From a virus (lineage: Duplodnaviria > Caudoviricetes): a DNA stretch of 45,570 nt. The notes below the pieces were generated by a model that had not been told where the DNA came from, did not search any database, and saw nothing but the letters and a program-made list of their open reading frames with translations. The position numbers were made by a program, and so were the translations under genes. Numbering within the stretch: position 1 is the stretch's first letter; each line of letters starts with the position of its first letter. The DNA lies in IMG/VR virus record IMGVR_UViG_3300027740_000116, positions 1 through 45,570 of that record. The stretch is one strand, 5' to 3'. This document shows positions 15,829 through 24,098 of this stretch, one piece after another.

Positions 15829-17546
15829 GGTTTCTCCATACAGTAGATCGTCTCCCAGTCGATGCGGGTTTCTTTGTTCCAGGTCTCTTCTCTCTCGCCA
15901 CTGTCGGTGAAGGCAAAATACTCAGCCAGATTTTTTATTCCGCTTTTGTTTGGCGGGGTGTTTTTCAATTCCCCGTCGTCACCGATCGCTTTCTTTTCCT
16001 CGTCTGACAGGGCGTTGTAATCCTGCCACACAACATGATGTGACTTCTTCAGGTAGATGAACTGAACCGCGCGGTCAAGGGATTTCCAATACTTGTCCAG
16101 CGCGGCTTTACGTTCGGCGAGTCTGCGGAAGAAACTTTTGGAAGCCGTGGTGTAGATTTTTGTCCCACCTTCGAGCGTGTGCTGCGTGCCTTTGTGGTGT
16201 ACCAGCATGGCATGATGTTCGTGCATGGTGACGAAGCCGACCGCCTCGCAGAGCTGCCGCCACTGGTCCGAGAAGTGAACGATTTGCTTGTTCTTGACGT
16301 AGTTCTTCACCACCCACACAGCATGACCGCCCGGGGCGAGCGCCTGATAAACCTGCTCGACGATCGTCCGCGCCGCAAGCCAGAAGTCGTCGCCCGAGTC
16401 GTTGCCGAGCTGACCGGGAGTTTTCCCATAATCCGCGCGCTCGTTGTCCTTCTTCATGGAACGCATCTTTGCATCGAAGGACGCGCCGTTCCCTTTGGTC
16501 ATCTGCACCCGCGCAAAGGCTTCTGGGTCTTTGAATTTATCGGCACGCATGACGCCCTCGCTGCCTTTCTGGAACGGCGGGGAACTGACCGTCGCCTTGA
16601 ACTTGCCCGCCGGCATGTTGGCGAGGTTGCCGTCAGAATGCCCGTACCCCTGCGAATGGAGTTCCTGGGTGTGGCAGAACTGCTCGAAGGTCTGCCCGCC
16701 GCCTGATTTCCGGTAGACTTCGTACTGCTTCGCGCGGTCGATGCTCTTGGCGTTCTTCTCCACCTGCATGGCGGAGTAAGGAGGCGAGGCGACGACCGAC
16801 TCGAAGCCGCCGGCTTTCATCGCGCCGAGTTGACCGGGAGTGGAGCCGTAGTTATAACCACTATGAATCCGGTCGCTCATCTCTATTCTTTTTTCGTGCA
16901 TTTGGCGACCTGGATAGTCTTTCTTGGTTTTTGACCAATCAATCCCATTCGAGTCGCTGTTCACGCTGTCCGCATACGGCGGGCTGGATACCGCCACCTG
17001 CGCGCGCTCATCCAGCAGTTCCAGCAGCTTCCGGCTGTCGCCGTGGAGCAGACGCGCCGTGCCGAAATTGGGCATGGATTGGAACTTGTGAGTCCATAGT
17101 GGGATATTTCCCCGGAAGATGTGCAGTTCGCGGTGCGGGATCTTCCGATCGGCAATGTCGTTCCAGGCACGTTCACAGGTCGGGCACAGCAGGTGATGTT
17201 CACGAAAGAACGCGAGCATCTTGGGCCGGGAATACCATCGCCTCCAATCCTTCGGGTTGATCCCCAAGCAGAGATATTCTGCCTGCCCGAGTTCATGGAA
17301 CTTCTCCTCCAGTTCGATCCCTGTCCAGTGCAGACCCAGGCGCATGGCATCCAAGGCTCCGAGGGCTACGCCGCCGAAGGGGTCGAGGACGCGGTCGCCT
17401 GGTTTCACCCAACCCTCCGCCAGCATGTGCTCATAGATGCGCCTGATCAACTTGTTCGAGAATTTCGCCGGGTGCGCCATCGCCTCGGGAACGATCAGAC
17501 CTTTCCAGTTCGAGGGGTAGCAGCCGGTCCAGTTGTCTTTGGTCAC
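15825..17546 (-). CDS. Amino-DNA methyltransferase (N4C/N6A type) with three tandem SPP(Y/F) modules
   Basis: HPAKF, VLDPFGG, GIELE, GDSR, SPPY/SPPY/SPPF and L.PGG..VWVV motifs. Confidence 0.88.
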   Translation of the reverse strand: MTKDNWTGCYPSNWKGLIVPEAMAHPAKFSNKLIRRIYEHMLAEGWVKPGDRVLDPFGGVALGALDAMRLGLHWTGIELEEKFHELGQAEYLCLGINPKDWRRWYSRPKMLAFFREHHLLCPTCERAWNDIADRKIPHRELHIFRGNIPLWTHKFQSMPNFGTARLLHGDSRKLLELLDERAQVAVSSPPYADSVNSDSNGIDWSKTKKDYPGRQMHEKRIEMSDRIHSGYNYGSTPGQLGAMKAGGFESVVASPPYSAMQVEKNAKSIDRAKQYEVYRKSGGGQTFEQFCHTQELHSQGYGHSDGNLANMPAGKFKATVSSPPFQKGSEGVMRADKFKDPEAFARVQMTKGNGASFDAKMRSMKKDNERADYGKTPGQLGNDSGDDFWLAARTIVEQVYQALAPGGHAVWVVKNYVKNKQIVHFSDQWRQLCEAVGFVTMHEHHAMLVHHKGTQHTLEGGTKIYTTASKSFFRRLAERKAALDKYWKSLDRAVQFIYLKKSHHVVWQDYNALSDEEKKAIGDDGELKNTPPNKSGIKNLAEYFAFTDSGEREETWNKETRIDWETIYCMEKP

Positions 17547-18382
17547 TTCACACCTCCAAGTAATTTATCAGCCAGGGCGCGGCGCGCGGCTAACTTCTCC
17601 GGCGTCTCTGCCGGCGGGACGGGCTGGGCGGGGCGCTTGCCGTTGGAACGGGAGGGCTTCCTTGCCGGCTCCTGGTTTCCCTGGGCGCGCCAGCGCTTGA
17701 GAATAGCCTCGACGTACTTCCAGCTGCGCGCGTTGTTGGCTGCCGCCTCCCGGATGGCGTCGAGTACCCACTTCAAAGGGTAGGTGGTTGCGGCGTCCCG
17801 GAGTTCGTCGGCGATCATAGCCGTCAGCACACCGATCTCGGATTCGTATGCTTTCGTGATTTGGGCGAGCGCCTCATCCTCCTCAAAACCTTTATTAGAA
17901 TCTTTAATCAACTGACTCACAGAAGCAGTTGCCTTTCTGTGAGAAGCAGATCTGCTTCTGTGAGAAGCAGTTTCAATCCTTACCCCTGTGGCACTTGTCA
18001 TCACCACCAGGCCGGCGTCCACGTACACATGAGGCCTGTTTTTCAGGTCCGGCGTGGTGTCGATCAGGTACTCGTCCTCGCAAAGGACCTTCAGGCGGCG
18101 CATAACGGTCACATCGTCAACATTGAGGATGGCGGCTATTGTTCGCAGGGAGGCCTTACAAACCCCGTCCTCCATCTGGCAGAACCGCCAGACCACACCA
18201 AAAACGGCGGGAGTGATCTCGTCACGGTATTTCTCCAGAAGAGCTTCGAATAATGGATAAAAGCCGCTGATCTCCTGCACAATCCGGCGCGGCTCATGTT
18301 TATAGCCTGCGCCCAGCATCTCGCGCGCGTTCTCTGTGTTGTCTTCAACTTTGTATTTTCCGGTGAGTTCATCTGTTTTCAT
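17543..18382 (-). CDS. Replication initiator (N-terminal wHTH, C-terminal DnaD/DnaB_2 domain)
   Basis: YESEIGVLTAMIADELRD...WVLDAIREAA.NNARSWKYVEAILKRW DnaD signature. Confidence 0.88.
   Translation of the reverse strand: MKTDELTGKYKVEDNTENAREMLGAGYKHEPRRIVQEISGFYPLFEALLEKYRDEITPAVFGVVWRFCQMEDGVCKASLRTIAAILNVDDVTVMRRLKVLCEDEYLIDTTPDLKNRPHVYVDAGLVVMTSATGVRIETASHRSRSASHRKATASVSQLIKDSNKGFEEDEALAQITKAYESEIGVLTAMIADELRDAATTYPLKWVLDAIREAAANNARSWKYVEAILKRWRAQGNQEPARKPSRSNGKRPAQPVPPAETPEKLAARRALADKLLGGVK
17890..17970. other. Putative replication origin (iterons plus AT-rich tract) inside the initiator gene
   Basis: AGAAGCAG at 17921, 17942 and 17963 (21-bp period); TTCTGTGAGAAGCAG twice; palindrome CTGCTTCT-GTG-AGAAGCAG; adjacent AT-rich 17890-17912. 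Confidence 0.7.
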
Positions 18383-19038
18383 TTGATCACCTTGAACTCG
18401 AGCACCCACACCCAGGGATTGGCATCCCAGCCGTAACCGCGCTTGGCGTTGATGGAATCCCACAGATCACGGAAGGGCTTCCATCGCTCGGCTACCGTTG
18501 TGATTGCCGTTGCGTCTGGAAATTCCACGCCTTCGGAAGCAACATCTGCCCCTGTAATATCCTGCACCCTCTCCACACAGACACTCACAATCTCCAGAGT
18601 GATCCTGCTTGCCCAACGCGGCATGTGGTAGGGTGACTTCCATTTAGGGGCCTCGTCGTTTCCCCGAGCCTCATCTTCTGGCCAGTCACCGGGATAAGGA
18701 TTGCCAGTGTCGGCTCGATATTCAATGTAGTGATTTTCCTTGCGATCTGCTTCTGTCTCGCATTCACAATACGGAATAGCCACCTTGCAAATGGTTGCCC
18801 ATGTCTCACGAACCCACAGCAGATCACCGGCCTGACCATAGGGACAATATTTATTTACAAAAATTGGAAAAGATACCAGCTTGCAATCCACAGTTTTCCA
18901 GCTCACGTAATCCAATACATGATGTGGGTGATAGGAAACCGGCTGCGGCTTGATCACTCGCCGCGTCTGCGTCTTGCGCCCTTCCAGGATCACCTTGACC
19001 ATTTCGCCGCTGAATAGAATCGGATGCTCGTTAGGCAT
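18379..19038 (-). CDS. ASCH-like phage protein
   Basis: PILFSGEMVK.ILEGRKTQTRRVIKPQP, GD.LWVRETW, HMPRWASRITLEI and W..NPWVWV.EF motifs. Confidence 0.8.
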   Translation of the reverse strand: MPNEHPILFSGEMVKVILEGRKTQTRRVIKPQPVSYHPHHVLDYVSWKTVDCKLVSFPIFVNKYCPYGQAGDLLWVRETWATICKVAIPYCECETEADRKENHYIEYRADTGNPYPGDWPEDEARGNDEAPKWKSPYHMPRWASRITLEIVSVCVERVQDITGADVASEGVEFPDATAITTVAERWKPFRDLWDSINAKRGYGWDANPWVWVLEFKVIK

Positions 19039-19843
19039 TCGGAAACTCCTTGACCTTCCACAGCTCATCAGGGATGCGCCCCTGCCGGCCCGGGTAGGTG
19101 CCCGAGTCCTGCTTCATGAAGAACGGCACGCCGGCGGCTTTGCATTGTTCGTACAGGTCCTGCGCCCAGGCGACCTCCATGGGTCTCGCGTGGGGACCGG
19201 ACTCGCCGCCGCAGATCACCCAGTCCAGACGTTGAGGTTCGAATAGTTCAATGGGTTCGAGCATTGGCTCGACCGACAAAAAGTGAATTTTCGCGGGCGC
19301 TGCAAGCAGATGTCCAATGCGCTCGGTAGTGTCCCGATTCTCGATTGAAGTTCCAATCCAAACATTGTCAGGAAGTGCATAATGCGAAAATGCCATGATG
19401 TTCTCAGGGCGCTTTGTCAGCAGCAGCCAATCCAGGTTTGATGTAGCGGTGATCAGATCCAATAATTCAGATCGCCAGTCTGCGACCCGCGGGTTGTCTT
19501 CGAAGACATCCATCAGGCTGCCGCAGAACACGCGCTGGCGGGTTGGCTTTGTCTGCCTGCTCCCACAGCGGCATAGATAATACGGCTCATCGAGTCCGAC
19601 CTTGCCGCGAAAACCACAAGCAACGCACTCGCGCCATGTTTCTTTATTCCACTGCACCGGCTTCCGCCAGTACGCCTTCGAGGTGTGGATGCGTGTACCC
19701 TGCGGTCCCCACTTCACCTTCTTGTAGCGGGTCTCCATCAGTTCCTCGGCATAGCAGAACTTGCAGCCGGGTGAGACTTTCGTGCAGCCCATCCAGGCGT
19801 TGTGCGTGTGGTCGCACGTTTCGATCTTCGAGTTTTCAGCCAT
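19031..19843 (-). CDS. DUF5131 / phage Gp37-Gp68 family protein
   Basis: GCTKVSPGCKFCYAE, VFCGSLMDVF, LLLTKRPEN, FLSVEPML, DWVICGGESG..ARPM and FFMKQ. Confidence 0.9.
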   Translation of the reverse strand: MAENSKIETCDHTHNAWMGCTKVSPGCKFCYAEELMETRYKKVKWGPQGTRIHTSKAYWRKPVQWNKETWRECVACGFRGKVGLDEPYYLCRCGSRQTKPTRQRVFCGSLMDVFEDNPRVADWRSELLDLITATSNLDWLLLTKRPENIMAFSHYALPDNVWIGTSIENRDTTERIGHLLAAPAKIHFLSVEPMLEPIELFEPQRLDWVICGGESGPHARPMEVAWAQDLYEQCKAAGVPFFMKQDSGTYPGRQGRIPDELWKVKEFPNA

Positions 19844-20153
19844 TGTCTTCACCATCAGAATCACCGTCATCGTCTGGCCCTTTGAGTTGGCGAGAGGGCG
19901 AGGCATAGACCTGCATGGGCTCGATGTAGATGCTCTCTGCCGCGGCCTGTGCGATCTCCTCGGAGACCGGGGTGATCGAGTAGATCGCGCCGCTTCCGAA
20001 CATGCGGGTGAATGCGGGGTGGCACTTGGTCTGTGGCACATCCACGCGGATGAAGCCCTGACCGGCGATCACCTGCTCGGTCACGAGTCCGGCGATCTTC
20101 TGATGACCGAACAGTTCAACAACACAGTAATTCGAGAATGCGTTTTCTGTCAT
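19836..20153 (-). CDS. Conserved-looking hypothetical phage protein
   Basis: VVELFGHQKIAG.V.E...AG..FIRVDVP...AIYSITP; AAGGAG RBS. Confidence 0.75.
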   Translation of the reverse strand: MTENAFSNYCVVELFGHQKIAGLVTEQVIAGQGFIRVDVPQTKCHPAFTRMFGSGAIYSITPVSEEIAQAAAESIYIEPMQVYASPSRQLKGPDDDGDSDGEDNG

Positions 20154-20167
20154 GATGTTTCTCCTTC

Positions 20168-20198
20168 GGGAGGGACGGAGCCAAGTTCGTCCCTCCCT
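20168..20198. terminator. Intergenic hairpin
   Basis: GGGAGGGACG / CGTCCCTCCC 10-bp stem. Confidence 0.4.
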
Positions 20199-20213
20199 TG
20201 AATAGCGGTCAGA

Positions 20214-20585
20214 TCATCCCTTGCGAATGCTTACGCTCGGGCTTCCAACCTTGCGGAACTTCTCAAGTTCAGGGATGGCAACCATCAGACCTTCAAGTCC
20301 TTTGGTTTCCCATGTGATCCGCGGCGCGGTGTATACAGCTTGCAGAGATCCGCCTTTAGCTGTTGCGCCGGTGGTGATCACGGCCTGCTTGATCTCCGAT
20401 TCCAGCTTGGCAATATTTGCGTTCACCGTCATTTCCTTGTCGCAGCATTCAGCGGCGATGTCGTCGAGCCGCTTCTGCACTTCGGCAGGGATGGCTGTCT
20501 GCTCTGCGCGCTTGCGGTCGATCAGCAGCAGATCCTTCTGCGCGTATAACTCAGTGAGGCTTTCGAGTAGTTGTGTGGTGTTCAT
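20214..20585 (-). CDS. Coiled-coil recombination-module protein (Gam/Gp157-like architecture)
   Basis: Long helix followed by a beta region ending SVSIR; adjacent to the recombination gene. Confidence 0.55.
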   Translation of the reverse strand: MNTTQLLESLTELYAQKDLLLIDRKRAEQTAIPAEVQKRLDDIAAECCDKEMTVNANIAKLESEIKQAVITTGATAKGGSLQAVYTAPRITWETKGLEGLMVAIPELEKFRKVGSPSVSIRKG

Positions 20586-21640
20586 TGGGTTGGCTCCATG
20601 TTGAAGTCGATCTTGAGCACCAGTTTTGCCGCGGCGACCTGCCTGGGATCCTCGGAATTTGCGACGATCCTGTTCAGCTGGTCGACGGTCAGCTCACCCA
20701 GGAACCGCTCTTTGCCCCCCCTGGTGAGCACGATCACCTGCCTGGCTTCCTCGATGGATATCAGATCGGAGGTCTCCTCTTCAATTGGAACGCCGCCTGC
20801 CTCGGGGGGAGGTGGTGCATCCGCGGCTTCGGCGTCGATGTATTCAGGCAAGGCGAGTCGCTCGATCATATCGAGGGCCTGCCGGCCCCACACACCGCCC
20901 GCGGTCAGGTGGACAGGCCACGAGGTGCCCTTGGAAAGTTTGCCGCCCATGTTCTTGGTGACATCTTCTTTCCGGCGCCCAAGCACAAACGGAATGCCGG
21001 TGATGCTCTGCCCATAGTTGGACGCCATCGCCGCGTACATGCCAAGCTCCGCGCTGATGTTGCGGATGTCACGCGGGGAGGTAGGCTCAAAGACGAAGTA
21101 ACCCACCGCCAGGTGTGCGACCTCGGGGATCACAACCTGCAGCCGGCCGAGGGGCTTGAGGCAAACAGGGTCGCGGTTCTCGTTTTCGAGGTAATAGATC
21201 GGCGCGCTCAGGTCGACGGGCTTCTCGATGAACTCGCGCCCGGCAGTTCCAACCGGGGAACCGTTGCGCACAAGCACTTCCGAGGTGTCGGGGTCGCGGT
21301 AGAAGATCCAGTACGCGCCGTTCTCGTTGGTCCCCGCCTTGGCGATCAACCCGCCCTTTTTGTGGCACTCGAAGTTTGCATCCCACACTTCTCTAACCAT
21401 CGAGTCGGCGAAGCGGGTGTTTAGTTCCTGCGGACGATCTCCATACACAGAGCGGAAAGTTGCTTCGATCTCACCGGCGAGTTTGCCGGGCGAAAAGACC
21501 ACACGGAAATAATCCAGGTCGACAGGCTTTGTCCCCTTCGAGCCGTCCTTCATGGTGTATTCCACCATCTCACCCTTCTTGATCTTTCCGAGTTGCATGA
21601 ATGATTTTGGAGCATCGGTAAGTCCTGAAATTGGTGACAT
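20582..21640 (-). CDS. Gp3-like (recombination directionality factor-like) phage recombination protein
   Basis: LGKIKKGE...PVDLDYFRV...YGDRPQEL, C...GRLQVVIPE and GIPFVL.RR pattern. Confidence 0.65.
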   Translation of the reverse strand: MSPISGLTDAPKSFMQLGKIKKGEMVEYTMKDGSKGTKPVDLDYFRVVFSPGKLAGEIEATFRSVYGDRPQELNTRFADSMVREVWDANFECHKKGGLIAKAGTNENGAYWIFYRDPDTSEVLVRNGSPVGTAGREFIEKPVDLSAPIYYLENENRDPVCLKPLGRLQVVIPEVAHLAVGYFVFEPTSPRDIRNISAELGMYAAMASNYGQSITGIPFVLGRRKEDVTKNMGGKLSKGTSWPVHLTAGGVWGRQALDMIERLALPEYIDAEAADAPPPPEAGGVPIEEETSDLISIEEARQVIVLTRGGKERFLGELTVDQLNRIVANSEDPRQVAAAKLVLKIDFNMEPTQ

Positions 21641-21651
21641 ATAAACTCCTT

Positions 21652-22050
21652 TCAAAAACCTAGTTCGCGAATGTCTTGCTGCTTACGGCTCTCTCCCTCG
21701 CGCGGAGGCAGCCGCTTTTCGAGAAGTTCTCCCCACAGATCGGGGAGGTTGCGAATCACCACATGGAATTTCGCGAGCGATCGCTCCATCTCTATGTTGA
21801 CCGTCGTCCTGGTCACGCGCCCGCACCTTGTCACGTTGCCATGCTCCGGGCAGACCACCAGCACGCGCCAGTGAGATTTTCCGAGGAGGGTGGTGAGATC
21901 GCCGTGACACACGCCGCACACGAATTCGCGCCTGATCTGCTCAGCTTCGGTCTGGTCGAAACTCTCGTCATTGGATAGGATTTCAACCTCGCCGTATGCG
22001 ATCTCCGGCACAGACGCGAACCACTCAGGCGATCCAAATGATCCGCTCAT
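21652..22050 (-). CDS. Hypothetical Zn-ribbon protein
   Basis: CGVC...CPEH; GGAGG RBS. Confidence 0.65.
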   Translation of the reverse strand: MSGSFGSPEWFASVPEIAYGEVEILSNDESFDQTEAEQIRREFVCGVCHGDLTTLLGKSHWRVLVVCPEHGNVTRCGRVTRTTVNIEMERSLAKFHVVIRNLPDLWGELLEKRLPPREGESRKQQDIRELGF

Positions 22051-22310
22051 CCTGCCTCCATGCTGTTTTCTTCCACAGCCCTCTGCTTCAGCGGTTCGCG
22101 CAAGCTCCGCAGGGCTTCCCGCAGCCTGGCGTTCTCCTGCTCCAGCGCGTCGATCTCCTCCAGCGACTCATAGTTGATCCGCTTCTGCTTCGCCTCTTCC
22201 AGCCTGCGGACGCGGGCATCGAGACGATTGAGCCGGCCCACGAACTCCGCATAGAGAGCCACGAGGCAGAGCAGAGTAAGCGCGCCGAGGATGGCTAGAA
22301 GTATTTCCAT
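22047..22310 (-). CDS. Single-TM coiled-coil protein
   Basis: MEILLAILGALTLLCLVALY followed by heptad repeats. Confidence 0.6.
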   Translation of the reverse strand: MEILLAILGALTLLCLVALYAEFVGRLNRLDARVRRLEEAKQKRINYESLEEIDALEQENARLREALRSLREPLKQRAVEENSMEAG

Positions 22311-22390
22311 ACCTCTGCTCCTACCAGGACCATGGCGATGATGAGGATCGCCAGCAGGATAAAAAGGAACTGGATCTTCCGGGTCATTGA

Positions 22391-22570
22391 TCACCATCCA
22401 TGAATGAGTTGGTGGATTGCCCACCAGAACTTTTCCGAGAACGTCACATGCGCGGGGAAGTACTGGTTGCCCACCACTACCACGGTGTGATCGATCCTTG
22501 CGATTGCTGCCAGTAACGCAGCGCCGCCGATCACACAGACTTTAGAGCCGGAACGAATAATGGTGGGCAT
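22391..22570 (-). CDS. Small hypothetical protein
   Basis: 59 aa, immediately after the cassette junction. Confidence 0.4.
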   Translation of the reverse strand: MPTIIRSGSKVCVIGGAALLAAIARIDHTVVVVGNQYFPAHVTFSEKFWWAIHQLIHGW

Positions 22571-22576
22571 GGCGAT

Positions 22577-22899
22577 CGGGTTAGGCTTTAGCGGCGGGCG
22601 GTTGTGGGTAGGTATCGCAGTAGAAGCAGGAATCACCGTCTGGAATATCGGCTCCGCAATCGGGGCATACCCGCCCGTCCGCCTGCAAGCCTGTGTTATC
22701 TGGCTCATCGAAATCATCCGACACGGCAGGCATACATTTGTGACAATAGAAAAAGACATCATCGAGTTCGGCGTTATAGGATGATTCTGCGTCATCGATG
22801 CTGACCTTTACGCCACACTCGGCACATGCGACCAATGTTTCTATTTCGGACTTGAGATTTTCCATATCAAATTCCTTTGCTGGGAATGAGCCAGCTAAC
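22577..22899 (-). mobile_element. Integron-type gene cassette (gene plus attC-like site)
   Basis: Starts G|TTAGCTGGCTCAT; internal R'' ATGAGCCAGATAAC is its 13/14 complement; AGGCTTGCAGGCGGACGGGCGG pairs with CCGCCCGCCGCTAAAGCCT; ends G|AT. Confidence 0.7.
22581..22865 (-). CDS. Acidic double Zn-ribbon protein (cassette gene)
   Basis: AAAGGA RBS; CAEC, CHKC, CPDC and CFYC. Confidence 0.65.
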   Translation of the reverse strand: MENLKSEIETLVACAECGVKVSIDDAESSYNAELDDVFFYCHKCMPAVSDDFDEPDNTGLQADGRVCPDCGADIPDGDSCFYCDTYPQPPAAKA

Positions 22900-22906
22900 T
22901 TCTGAG

Positions 22907-22979
22907 TTGCGGGGGCAAGATTTGAACTTGCGACCTCCGGGTTATGGGCCCAGCGAGCTGACCACTGCTCCACCCCGCA
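22907..22979 (-). tRNA. tRNA-Met(CAT), initiator-type
   Basis: Full cloverleaf TGCGGGG-TG-GAGC-AGTGGTCA-GCTC-G-CTGGG-CCCATAA-CCCGG-AGGTC-GCAAG-TTCAAAT-CTTGC-CCCCGCA-A; three G-C pairs in the anticodon stem; A11-U24; no encoded CCA. Confidence 0.93.
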
Positions 22980-22984
22980 TCGTT

Positions 22985-23245
22985 TCAACTTGTGACAGGT
23001 TGGGGAACCTGTGCTATCACTAAGGTATGCACACCAGAAGCAGCGATGATCTCGGTCCAGCACTTCCCGCAGACGTGGAAATAAAAACTGGTGCCGTTCG
23101 AGCAGAAGAATTTCAGGATGCCCGCCTTCTGAGGCTGGCAGCACAGGGGTTCGTCTGCCTCCCGGACCTTCTGTAACTCCTGTTGTGCATCCTCTTTTGC
23201 GGAAGTGAGCGGCTTGAGCCAATCATTCAATAATTGCTTTTGCAT
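22985..23245 (-). CDS. Hypothetical protein
   Basis: AAGGA RBS; 86 aa with Cys residues. Confidence 0.6.
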   Translation of the reverse strand: MQKQLLNDWLKPLTSAKEDAQQELQKVREADEPLCCQPQKAGILKFFCSNGTSFYFHVCGKCWTEIIAASGVHTLVIAQVPQPVTS

Positions 23246-23268
23246 GACAAAATCCTTTATGCTATACT
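23240..23268 (+). promoter_or_regulatory. Antisense sigma70 promoter
   Basis: TTGCAT, 17 bp, TATACT, with extended -10 TG. Confidence 0.6.
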
Positions 23269-23274
23269 TGCGCG

Positions 23275-23355
23275 CAGATTGGCATTTCATTTCACGCCAA
23301 TCGTCGTTGCCTTGAGAGGGAGCGGGTCGCCGCCTGCTCCCTCTCGTTTTTTTTT
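23275..23355 (+). ncRNA. Putative ~80-nt antisense small RNA
   Basis: Promoter upstream; hairpin GATTGGC/GCCAATC; 13-bp terminator stem (23314-23345) followed by T9. Confidence 0.5.
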
Positions 23356-23457
23356 GATCCCTGCCGCCTCCGACTTATCGCTCACAAATGAGTTTTCCAC
23401 GGACGGTGGCTAATCCGGCAGGGAGGTGCTCGGGTGTTGGTTGTCGGTAGAGGAGAG

Positions 23458-23760
23458 CTACCGCAGCGCGCCCGGGGAACCCGATGAAACAATCTTCCTG
23501 ACTTGCTCGACATACGCAGCCCGCAGCGCTGCCGGCAGGGTGGACGGACAGCCGTCCAGCCGCGCCAGGCGCAGCAGCACGATCACCAGCCGCGTCTCCA
23601 TGCGCTTCCGCAGTTTTACGGACGGCTGAGATTCCAGGATCATGTGCAGGGCTTTGAATCTGGCTTCCAATTCCTCCCTTTCACTCAAAACACAAACCGG
23701 CCGCGTTGCATCCATGATGCGTTCGCAGGTTTCAGGTTTGAGAAGAGACGGATGATACAT
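23458..23760 (-). CDS. Hypothetical early protein
   Basis: 100-aa ORF, first sizeable gene after the leftward promoter. Confidence 0.5.
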   Translation of the reverse strand: MYHPSLLKPETCERIMDATRPVCVLSEREELEARFKALHMILESQPSVKLRKRMETRLVIVLLRLARLDGCPSTLPAALRAAYVEQVRKIVSSGSPGALR

Positions 23761-24026
23761 TGTCGTCGCTGCCTTTCGTCCACTCAGGACTTCGCCGGGT
23801 CCGATCTGAGTGGGGGTATTGTTTGTGAAAAAAATCGCTTTCGATAAGTATAATTACTGGTCAGATTGACAGTTTTCGGCACTTATTGGCAAAAACAGCG
23901 CAACACAATCCTTTCAGAAAGGGGTGCCGCGCTGTCATTTTCAGGTTTCCGTGGGGAGGTTGTCATCTTGTAGTGATCTCCATAAACATGACAATTTTTT
24001 CAACAAAAAGTTACGTATAGACTTGT

Positions 24027-24098
24027 AGTATAAAACTATTTTTGAGTTACGTCAAGGGTTATGAAGCCCTTGACGTAATTCGGAGGACTCTTTATAAT
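24027..24098. promoter_or_regulatory. Back-to-back divergent promoters sharing a palindrome (genetic switch)
   Basis: Minus: TTGACG (24055-24050), 17 bp, TATACT. Plus: TTGACG (24070-24075), 17 bp, TATAAT. Inverted repeat TTACGTCAAGGG-N8-CCCTTGACGTAA. Confidence 0.85.

Noticed and set aside
22907-22979. tRNA as an attP/attB remnant
   Set aside because: It is a full-length single copy far from the recombinase, with no duplicated 3' fragment seen
22581-23222. 213-aa ORF spanning the tRNA
   Set aside because: It reads through the tRNA gene; the supported start is ATG 22865 with its own RBS
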